A stretch of DNA of 55,470 bases from Bacteroidota bacterium. Its GTDB lineage: Bacteria; Bacteroidota; Bacteroidia; Bacteroidales; JAIPAH01. The stretch spans positions 1 to 55,470 of the forward strand of contig JAASSU010000003.1 in NCBI GenBank assembly GCA_021767705.1, read 5' to 3'. The notes beneath the pieces are model-generated. The model searched no databases, had not been told where the DNA came from, and saw nothing but the letters and a program-made list of their open reading frames with translations. Numbering within the stretch: the first letter of the stretch is position 1; each line of letters begins with the position of its first letter. Positions 47,941-55,470 of the stretch are shown piece by piece. The position numbers and the translations under genes are program-made.

Positions 47941-50900
47941 ATGAAGAAGACACTTACTTTTCTAATGTTAGTATTGACATTAGTTATTAATGGAAAATCA
48001 CAAATCATCAGTCAGTACATCGAAACTGATTCAGGAACAGAACCCAAAGGAATTGAAATCTGGAACAACACTTCCGGAACTTTGGATTTCAGCACAAACA
48101 ACCTTGTTATTGAAAAAGGCACCAATGGAGGGACTCCTTCAGAAGATTTTACCCTTGATGCAGGTACGCTGGACGCTGGTGACGTTATTGTTATTGGCAC
48201 CTCAAACCTTCAGGCTACTACTGAAGGAAATGGCTCTGTTTTTTATGATAAGTCATTTACCTTCAATGGTGATGACGCCCTCGTGGTAAAGTACGGTGGC
48301 ACTACTACAGACGTTTTTGGCGAGCCGGGAGTGGATCCGGGTTCAGAATGGGTTGGTAATGGTGTTAGCACGAAAAACCAAAATATTTCCTTGCTTGGCG
48401 GAATCAATTCAGGTGATACCGATGGCTGGAGCGATCCCAGCGGCAGGTTTGAAACAACAAGCACCACTCCTTCAGGAGCAAATGGCGACGAAGGATTTGG
48501 AATAGCTCCTGTTAGCGGAGGAAATGCGAACCCCGCAATCACCAATATTGAACATACTCCCTTAGCTCCAACCTCATCAGATGCCGTAACAGTAACAGCA
48601 GACATCACCGACAGTGATGGAACCATCCAGACAACAGAGTTGCACTGGGGCACAGAGTCAGGAAACCTGACCAACACCATCGGGATGTCTACAACCCGCG
48701 CCACTTACAGCACTGATTCACCAATCCCGGCGCAGGCTGATGGAACCACCGTTTATTACGAAGTATATGCACAGGACAATGATGGTGGAGAAAGTACTTC
48801 AACAGAAATGAGCTATGCTGTGGCTAATGCTTCCACCACTACGATCCCTTACAACAATGATTTTGCAGCAGGTTTTGATGATATTTACACTATCAGTGTT
48901 GCAGGACAAAATGTGTGGACTATTAACGATGAGTTTGCCAGAGGTAATGGATATAATGGTGATAACCCTGAAGAGGACTGGATGATCATTCCTGGTATAA
49001 ACCTTGACAACTACAGTAATGAAGTACTGACCTTTGAAACCAAGTATAAATATGGTTCAGAAGACGCTGACAATTATCTTAAACTCTTTTATTCAAACAA
49101 TTACAGTGGCATAGGCGATCCTACTTCCGCCGACTGGACTGAGTTAGCTTATACACAACCTACAAATGCTGACGAATGGATTGGTTCAGGAGATATTGAT
49201 TTGTCCGCCATCAGCGGCACATCTGTATATATCGGATTTAAGTATTATTCAACTGATGATGCTCGCCGCTGGGATGTGGATAACATCACTATTGAAGAAG
49301 TTTCCAACCTTTCGCCTGAAATTTCCAATCTGGAGTACACTCCACAAACCGTCACTTCTTCTGATGCCGTAGCAGTAACAGCAGACATCACCGACAGTGA
49401 CGGAACCATCCAAACAGCAGAACTGCACTGGGGTACTGAATCAGGGAATCTGACCAACACCATCGGGATGTCTACAACCCGTGCCAGTTACAGCACCGAT
49501 TCTCCGATACCGGCGCAAGCAGATGGAACTACGGTTTACTTCGAAGTTTACGCTCAGGACAATGGAGGCGCTGAAACCACCTCAACTGAAATGAGTTACA
49601 CAGTTACAGACCCGGCCACAGCTACACTGCCTTACCTGCAGCCATTCGACACTGATTTAGGTGAAATGTATACATACAGCCAGGTTGGTGATGAAACATG
49701 GGAATGGGGCAGCTTTGAGGATGATGAATACGCTGAAATGTCAGGTTATTCAGGTAGTGCACAGGAAAACATCGACTGGCTTATCACTCCAGCCTTTGAC
49801 TTCACAAGTGCACAAAACCTTACCTTAAACTTCGATGAGATTATCAATTATGGCACCGGAAACATTGATGACGAGCAGGAAGTACTGGTTTCAACAGATT
49901 ACAGTGGAATTGGTGATCCAACAACTGCTTCATGGACTGAGTTAACCGTTACAGGCCGTTCTGATGGAGGTTCCTGGGATTTCTTCTCTGTTGATGAAGT
50001 TGACCTTTCAGCTTATGAAGGAGAAAGCTCGGTTCACATAGCTTTCAGGTATACCTCTACAACAGGCGGTGCTGCTACCTGGCGTCCCGACAACATCCTC
50101 ATCGAAGAACAAACCCTCAACCCAAGCATCACCGTTAGCACACCCAACGGCGGCGAAAGCTGGGAGCAGGGCTCTTCTCAGGAAATTACCTGGACATCAA
50201 GCAACCTGACAGGAAACGTTAAAATCGACCTGGTTTCTTCCGAAACCACTACTCTTGCTGCCAGCACAGAAGATGACGGTACTTTCTCATGGGATATCCC
50301 GAACGACCAGACCATCGCCGACGATTACCTGGTTCGCATCACTTCCGTGGATAACGAAACGGTTTCAGATGTTTCGGATGCTACCTTTGCTATCACAGCT
50401 CCTGCCATTCCGGGCGAACTGGTGATTACGGAAATTATGTACAACCCACCGGAATCGGGCAACGACTCCCTGGAGTTTATCGAAATCTACAACTTTGGGG
50501 ATTTCGCTGTAAACCTGAACGGCTATTATTTCGATGCTGGTGTGGAATTTATTTTCCCCGATCACATCTTAAATGCCGGAGACTATGTTGTAGTAGCGAT
50601 TAATCAAACCGCCTTTGAGGATTTCTTTGGCACTTCAGCATTTGAATGGACCAACGGAGCCCTCAGCAATGGTGGCGAGGACATTATCCTGATGGACAGC
50701 GAAGGCACTGAAATTGATGCCGTAAGCTACAGTGACGCAGCCCCGTGGCCTGAAAACGCCGATGGCGACGGTCCTTCACTCACCCTTTGCGATCCGTCAA
50801 GCGACAACTCGCTGGGAGAAAACTGGATCGCTTCCACGGAATTTGCAGGACTTAATGATGAAGATATGCTCGTACTGGCCAAGCCCGGCGCTCCTTGCGG

Positions 50901-52191
50901 AACCGGCAACCTGGCAGCAGATTTCGATGCATTGGAAACGGAACTCAGTGTGGGTGGAACAGCTACATTCATCGACCTGACATCGGGTGGCCCGCAATAC
51001 TGGGAGTGGACTTTTGAAGGTGGAACGCCTGAAACCAGCAACACCCAGAATCCGGATAACATTGTTTACAACACCGCCGGCACTTATGATGTAACGCTCA
51101 CTGTTTACAACGAAAACGGTATGGACATCATCACAAAAGAAGACTTCATCACTGTTTATGATGCGCCGCAGGCTGATTTCACGTCGGACGTAACTACTAT
51201 TGCCGTTGATGGCGAGGTAATGTTTGAGGATGCCTCTACCGGCAACCCCACTTCGTGGGAGTGGACTTTTGAAGGCGGTACTCCGGCATCTTACACAGGA
51301 CAAACGCCTCCGGCCGTTGTTTACAGCGCCGAAGGAACTTACGATGTGACGCTTACCGTAAGCAACGAGCACGGAGAAACTACTGAGCTGAAGGAAGATT
51401 ACATTACTGTAACGCTTGAACCGGCCGCCAACTTCGAAGCTGCAGAAACCACACTGTTGGTAGGTGAAAGCACCACATTCACTGACCTTTCAAGTGGAGA
51501 GCCTGCTTCATGGGAGTGGACTTTTGAAGGGGGTGACCCGGCCACTTTCTCAGGACAGAATCCTCCGGCGGTTACTTACGACAGCGAAGGAACTTTTGAT
51601 GTGACGCTGGTTGTGAGCAACGACGTGGGCGAAAACACTCTTGTCCGCGAAGATTATATCGTAGTTGGATATGAACCGGAAGCCGATTTTGAAGCTACAC
51701 CGCTTACACTGCTCGAAGGACAAAGCGTTTCCTTTACGGATATGTCGAACAACAACCCGGAAAGCTGGAGCTGGACATTCAACGGCGGCTTACCGGCTGC
51801 TTCTTCAGCACAGAACCCGGTGGTGACCTACAACGATTTTGGAGTGTACGATGTAACACTGGAAGTTACCAACGAGTTTGGCTCTGACGCTGAAACAAAA
51901 ATCGAATACATTATTGTGAACGGAGTAGGTATAGAGCAGCTTTCGCTGGAAGAAGAGAAACTCATTGTTTATCCGAACCCGGCCATCGACATTGTCAATG
52001 TGCTTACGCTTCCGGATACTGAAGCACAGGTTCGCATCCTGTCAGCAATGGGTAAGCAAATCCTGACAAAGAAAATCTCAGATGAGAAAACCACACTGAA
52101 TGTTGGAAATCTTCCATCAGGAATCTACATTGTTGAAATGTTAGATACAACGATCGGTCAAAGAATTACCAAACGTTTAATTGTGAAATAA
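47941..52191 (+). CDS. 1416-aa T9SS cargo: two lamin-tail domains, Ig-like repeats, two adhesin-like domains, four PKD domains, CTD
   Basis: 'IISQYIE...KGIEIWN...FNGDD'; 'VITEIMYN...EFIEIYN'; four 'W.WTF.GG.P' PKD repeats; CTD 'VYPNPA...KRLIVK'. Confidence 0.82.
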   Translation: MKKTLTFLMLVLTLVINGKSQIISQYIETDSGTEPKGIEIWNNTSGTLDFSTNNLVIEKGTNGGTPSEDFTLDAGTLDAGDVIVIGTSNLQATTEGNGSVFYDKSFTFNGDDALVVKYGGTTTDVFGEPGVDPGSEWVGNGVSTKNQNISLLGGINSGDTDGWSDPSGRFETTSTTPSGANGDEGFGIAPVSGGNANPAITNIEHTPLAPTSSDAVTVTADITDSDGTIQTTELHWGTESGNLTNTIGMSTTRATYSTDSPIPAQADGTTVYYEVYAQDNDGGESTSTEMSYAVANASTTTIPYNNDFAAGFDDIYTISVAGQNVWTINDEFARGNGYNGDNPEEDWMIIPGINLDNYSNEVLTFETKYKYGSEDADNYLKLFYSNNYSGIGDPTSADWTELAYTQPTNADEWIGSGDIDLSAISGTSVYIGFKYYSTDDARRWDVDNITIEEVSNLSPEISNLEYTPQTVTSSDAVAVTADITDSDGTIQTAELHWGTESGNLTNTIGMSTTRASYSTDSPIPAQADGTTVYFEVYAQDNGGAETTSTEMSYTVTDPATATLPYLQPFDTDLGEMYTYSQVGDETWEWGSFEDDEYAEMSGYSGSAQENIDWLITPAFDFTSAQNLTLNFDEIINYGTGNIDDEQEVLVSTDYSGIGDPTTASWTELTVTGRSDGGSWDFFSVDEVDLSAYEGESSVHIAFRYTSTTGGAATWRPDNILIEEQTLNPSITVSTPNGGESWEQGSSQEITWTSSNLTGNVKIDLVSSETTTLAASTEDDGTFSWDIPNDQTIADDYLVRITSVDNETVSDVSDATFAITAPAIPGELVITEIMYNPPESGNDSLEFIEIYNFGDFAVNLNGYYFDAGVEFIFPDHILNAGDYVVVAINQTAFEDFFGTSAFEWTNGALSNGGEDIILMDSEGTEIDAVSYSDAAPWPENADGDGPSLTLCDPSSDNSLGENWIASTEFAGLNDEDMLVLAKPGAPCGTGNLAADFDALETELSVGGTATFIDLTSGGPQYWEWTFEGGTPETSNTQNPDNIVYNTAGTYDVTLTVYNENGMDIITKEDFITVYDAPQADFTSDVTTIAVDGEVMFEDASTGNPTSWEWTFEGGTPASYTGQTPPAVVYSAEGTYDVTLTVSNEHGETTELKEDYITVTLEPAANFEAAETTLLVGESTTFTDLSSGEPASWEWTFEGGDPATFSGQNPPAVTYDSEGTFDVTLVVSNDVGENTLVREDYIVVGYEPEADFEATPLTLLEGQSVSFTDMSNNNPESWSWTFNGGLPAASSAQNPVVTYNDFGVYDVTLEVTNEFGSDAETKIEYIIVNGVGIEQLSLEEEKLIVYPNPAIDIVNVLTLPDTEAQVRILSAMGKQILTKKISDEKTTLNVGNLPSGIYIVEMLDTTIGQRITKRLIVK
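48580..49599 (+). repeat. Intragenic ~235-bp direct repeat (48580-48816 / 49363-49599)
   Basis: Near-identical ACAGCAGACATCACCGACAGTGA...ACCAACACCATCGGGATGTCTACAACCCG; both encode 'VTADITDSDGTIQT.ELHWGTESGNLTNTIGMSTTRA'. Confidence 0.85.
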
Positions 52192-52203
52192 AGCCTTAAG
52201 GGT

Positions 52204-52250
52204 AAAACAAAAAAACCGCTGAAACGATTTTCAGCGGTTTTTTTGTTTTT
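52204..52250. terminator. Bidirectional intrinsic terminator
   Basis: AAAACAAAAAAACCGCTGAAA-cgat-TTTCAGCGGTTTTTTTGTTTT. Confidence 0.88.
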
Positions 52251-52255
52251 CGTAA

Positions 52256-52741
52256 TTATCGTTTTTCTACAAAACCTTGACTATCGGATTCTTTATACTC
52301 CTCCGACATTCCGGGAGTCGGCATAAAAAACTCGAGCTTTTGCCATGATTTAATATCTGTAAAAGCTTTTCTTTCCTCAAAAATCGGAGGCAGCCCCGGA
52401 GCAATATACTCTTTCGAATATACAATACCGTCTTTGGTAAAACGTATCGGAGAGGCAATGCCCCGGTATGTTTTGGCGATTTCAGCATAAACACCACGGC
52501 TCAGGTCAATGAGCATCACCGCTGTATGCGGGCCATGGTGAGGGTTGATTTCCAGCCATTTTTGTACCGCCAGAAAACGCGAGTCAGAACTCCACAGAAA
52601 GCTTTTCGAGAAATACTGATCTTTAATTAGCTGTCCGTTGACACGCAATCTGTAGAAAGAAGGTCCGAAACGGATATCTCCGATATACCTGAATGAAAGA
52701 TTATATTTACCATCCGGAGATGTGTTGCTTCTTTTGCTCAT
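52256..52741 (-). CDS. Hypothetical protein (161 aa)
   Basis: Clean ATG-started ORF between terminator and intergenic region; 'SPDG' and 'WSSDSRFLAV' suggest propeller-blade-like strands. Confidence 0.7.
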   Translation of the reverse strand: MSKRSNTSPDGKYNLSFRYIGDIRFGPSFYRLRVNGQLIKDQYFSKSFLWSSDSRFLAVQKWLEINPHHGPHTAVMLIDLSRGVYAEIAKTYRGIASPIRFTKDGIVYSKEYIAPGLPPIFEERKAFTDIKSWQKLEFFMPTPGMSEEYKESDSQGFVEKR

Positions 52742-52837
52742 GCTTTGGTAATTGCTTTATAAACTTTTACCATAAATGCACTAAAGCAACATTTTGTTCA
52801 AAAAAACCAAACTTAAATTGTTAACAGCAACTGTTGA

Positions 52838-53476
52838 TTACACCTTTTTCCTGATGACAGAAAGCCCATCCCGGAAAGGAAGCATCAGGTTTTCCACTTC
52901 GTTATCCTCCTGCACATAATCATTAAACGCTTTGATAGCGATGGTGTCAGGATCTCTGCTCTCAGATTCATTCACCACCTTTCCATACCACAGCACATTA
53001 TCCACAATAATGTATCCTCCTTTACGGATTTTGTCTTTGATAAGGCTGTAATAGCTCAGGTAGTTTTCTTTATCGGCATCAATAAACGCCAGGTCGAAAA
53101 GCTGATCTGTCTGCTTCAGGATGGTAATGGCATCCCCCATTTTCAAATCCACCGACTCTTCCAGCCCCGCCTTCCTGATGTATTCCCTGATCATGGTTTC
53201 CAGCTCCGGGTTTTTTTCGATGGTGGTAATTTTCCCACCGGATTTGAGTCCGCGCGCCAGGCAAATGGTGGCATAGCCGGTGTAAGTACCCACCTCCAGA
53301 ATATGCTGCGGCTGAATCATCTCGCTGATCATCTGCAAAAACTTTCCTTGCAGGTGGCCCGAAAGCATTTTGGGCCTGAGTACCTTCAGGTGGGTTTTCC
53401 GGTTCAGATCAAACAGCACCTCATCCTCGGGCGTGCTATGCTCTTCGGCATACTCTTCAATGGTTCTCTCAATCAT
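52838..53476 (-). CDS. SAM-dependent O-methyltransferase (caffeoyl-CoA OMT/YrrM family)
   Basis: 'MLSGHLQG', 'LEVGTYTGY', 'FIDADK', 'DNVLW.GKV', 'RDGL'. Confidence 0.92.
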   Translation of the reverse strand: MIERTIEEYAEEHSTPEDEVLFDLNRKTHLKVLRPKMLSGHLQGKFLQMISEMIQPQHILEVGTYTGYATICLARGLKSGGKITTIEKNPELETMIREYIRKAGLEESVDLKMGDAITILKQTDQLFDLAFIDADKENYLSYYSLIKDKIRKGGYIIVDNVLWYGKVVNESESRDPDTIAIKAFNDYVQEDNEVENLMLPFRDGLSVIRKKV

Positions 53477-54717
53477 TTCGAAGACTTTTTGTAAATCAAT
53501 GTACTCAGCTGCTGGGGTTCAAAAACCTCGTTGGCCACTTCCATCATTTGTTCCGCCGTAACAGCATGAATTTTTTCGGCAATCTCTTCGAGGCTTTCCA
53601 CCTTGTTGTAAAGCATACAGCTCTTGGCAATGCTCAGCATCTCGTTCAGGTTCGACTCATAATAAATCGCCATCTGCCCTATCATCTGCCGCTTCGTCAT
53701 GTTGAGCTGCACCGGACCTAAACGCTTTTCGCGAAGTGCTTTCAGCTCCTTGTGCACCAGCTCAATCGAGGGCTCTAAGTATCCGTTGTTGCACCCGAGG
53801 TAGATGTTAAACAGGCCGGTATCCAAATACGGATTGTAGTTCGACTCCACATGATAGGCATATCCGCGGCGCTCGCGGATGGAGAGGTTGAGGCGCGAGT
53901 TCATGCCGGTGCCACCCAGCAGGTTGCTCAGCAAGGTCAGGATAAGCTTTTTGTCCTCCTCATAAAAATTGTAGGCCACATTGCCGATGATGCAATGGTT
54001 CTGGCTCACCTTTTTGGTGACGGATTTCTCAAACGGATGATAATCATTAAAACGCTTACGCTGATGGGTGCGTTCAGATGAATCAATATGGCTAAAGTAC
54101 TTCGAAACGTATTTGATCAACTTGTCGAAACGGATATCGCCCACCGAGGCAATTACCACCTGGTTGCTCTGGTAATTCCTGTTCAGAAAGCGGTGGATTT
54201 GCTCCCTCGAGAATTTCCGGATATTTCGTTTCGTTCCCAGGATATTGCGACCGAGGCTGTGGCCCTTAAAAGTCTCTTCTTCAAACTGGTCGAAAATCAT
54301 CTCGGAAGGGGTGTCTTTGTACGAATCGATTTCATCGCGCACCACTTCCTTTTCCTTGCGCAGCTCATGGTCGGGAAACACCGAACTAAAAACAATATCG
54401 GCCAGCAGCTCCAGGGTCCGGGAGTAATACTCCTTCAGGAAAGAAGCGTAAATCATGGTCTCTTCCTTGGTGGTAAAAGCGTTGAGCTCGGCACCGATGG
54501 TATCGAGGCGGCTGATGACATGAAAAGCGCGGCGCCGCTGTGTGCCCTTAAAAAAGGTATGCTCGATAAAGTGCGCCAGCCCGTGCTCATCAGGCTCTTC
54601 ATCTCGACTACCTGCATTAATCAGCACGCCTGCATGCGCCACCATGCCACTCACCTGCTTATGCACCACCCTGATGCCATTTGGAAGCGTATGATATTGA
54701 TACTGTTCCTTTTCCAT
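53473..54717 (-). CDS. M16 (pitrilysin-family) zinc peptidase
   Basis: 'GLAHFIEH..FKGT', 'NAFT', 'GMNSRL...IRE..G.AY'; TAATTTTG promoter element at 54727-54734 (-). Confidence 0.93.
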   Translation of the reverse strand: MEKEQYQYHTLPNGIRVVHKQVSGMVAHAGVLINAGSRDEEPDEHGLAHFIEHTFFKGTQRRRAFHVISRLDTIGAELNAFTTKEETMIYASFLKEYYSRTLELLADIVFSSVFPDHELRKEKEVVRDEIDSYKDTPSEMIFDQFEEETFKGHSLGRNILGTKRNIRKFSREQIHRFLNRNYQSNQVVIASVGDIRFDKLIKYVSKYFSHIDSSERTHQRKRFNDYHPFEKSVTKKVSQNHCIIGNVAYNFYEEDKKLILTLLSNLLGGTGMNSRLNLSIRERRGYAYHVESNYNPYLDTGLFNIYLGCNNGYLEPSIELVHKELKALREKRLGPVQLNMTKRQMIGQMAIYYESNLNEMLSIAKSCMLYNKVESLEEIAEKIHAVTAEQMMEVANEVFEPQQLSTLIYKKSSK

Positions 54718-54756
54718 TTGAAGCTGCAAAATTAATAAAATTGGTGTAAGTGATTC

Positions 54757-54965
54757 AGTTTGTAAGTTTAGGAAGTTACTAAGTTTGTAGGTTTAATACG
54801 TTACTGAGTTTTGTAAGTTAATAAGTTTTGTAAGTTAGACGGTTAAGAAATAATGAAAAAAATTCACTGTTGTCCGGTAAAACATAGCAACGTAAAAACC
54901 TATTAAACTTAGAAACATAAAAACCGTCTTAACTTAGTAACTTAGCAACGTACAAACGTAGAAAC
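54757..54965. repeat. Inverted pair of degenerate 8-9-bp tandem repeat arms
   Basis: Left arm about 10 units of (A)AGTT(T/A)(G/C/A)T, 54757-54847; right arm of complementary AACTT/AACGT/AACCT units, 54879-54965. Confidence 0.75.
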
Positions 54966-54969
54966 AGTT

Positions 54970-55470
54970 ATGACATTCACACAAAAGATAACCCGCCCCA
55001 CTACGGTGGTGGATTTGGAGATAGCCCGGAAAAACCTGGAGAGGATGATGGAGAAAGTCCGGAAGTATCAAAAGGGATTCCGTCCGCATTTTAAGACCCA
55101 TCAGTCGGCGGCGGTGGGAAAGCTGTTTGCCGATGCCGGTATTGAAAAAATTACCGTTTCTTCAGTACTGATGGCGGAATATTTCGCTTCCGCGGGATGG
55201 CAGGACATCACCATCGCTTTTCCGGTGAATGTGCGGGAGGTGGAGGCTATCAATGCGCTGGCGGCAAGAGTGAAGCTGAGCCTGCTGGTGGAGTCGGAAG
55301 AGGTGGTCGATATCCTGGCAAAGGACCTGCAGCACCCGGTGGATGTTTTTATCAAGGGCGATGCCGGGTATCGCCGCACAGGTATTGATGTGGAGGATAT
55401 CCCGGTTATTGAAAAGTTGGTAAAAAGAATTGAGGATAAGCCTCACTTTTCTTTTGCAGGATTTTTAATC
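54970..55470 (+). CDS. Fold-type III PLP enzyme (D-threonine aldolase/DSD1-like, alanine racemase domain), 3'-truncated by the window edge
   Basis: Translates MTFTQKITRPTTVVDL...'FRPHFKTHQS'...'D.GYRRTG'; absent from the ORF track because there is no stop in the window. Confidence 0.88.
   Translation, partial: MTFTQKITRPTTVVDLEIARKNLERMMEKVRKYQKGFRPHFKTHQSAAVGKLFADAGIEKITVSSVLMAEYFASAGWQDITIAFPVNVREVEAINALAARVKLSLLVESEEVVDILAKDLQHPVDVFIKGDAGYRRTGIDVEDIPVIEKLVKRIEDKPHFSFAGFLI

Noticed and set aside
51001-51530. Exact 20-mer TGGGAGTGGACTTTTGAAGG three times at a 255-bp period
   Set aside because: Encodes WEWTFEG of consecutive PKD domains; spacing is far too long for CRISPR and no cas genes are present

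Overview
Chromosomal window from a Bacteroidota bacterium, most likely order Bacteroidales. The basis is the many TAnnTTTG -7 promoter elements, six type IX secretion (T9SS) C-terminal-domain cargo proteins, the hpt-adk-obgE and PASTA/rluD/ddl synteny, and a stand-alone dnaK. It holds housekeeping genes (abgT, rluD, ddl, rfaD, trxB, hpt, adk, obgE, panB, dnaK, an M16 peptidase, an O-methyltransferase). It also holds three AT-rich toxin-antitoxin-type cassettes in the first 6 kb, a seven-gene arsenic operon (arsR-arsC-acr3-small thioredoxin-ArsF-like lipoprotein-ArsG/CcdA-like-arsP) followed by trxB, and about 20 kb of large, acidic, modular T9SS-secreted proteins. No rRNA, tRNA, CRISPR array or intact transposase was seen. 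Most noteworthy: (1) a tandem two-domain adenylate kinase whose second domain has systematically altered catalytic motifs; (2) an unannotated 50-aa Cys4 zinc-ribbon/rubredoxin-like microprotein with its own direct-repeat upstream region and terminator; (3) a promoter- and terminator-bounded ~80-nt sRNA candidate; (4) a shared TGAC-N5-GTCA plus sigma54-like promoter architecture upstream of both trxB and dnaK; (5) a family of 8-9-bp tandem-repeat arms found both beside a truncated TA cassette and as an 'empty' inverted pair 49 kb away; (6) a 164-bp MITE-like element upstream of the ars operon; (7) a deacetylase-like domain inserted inside an Ig-like domain of a 2028-aa secreted protein. Product calls come from motif recognition only; no database searches were run.
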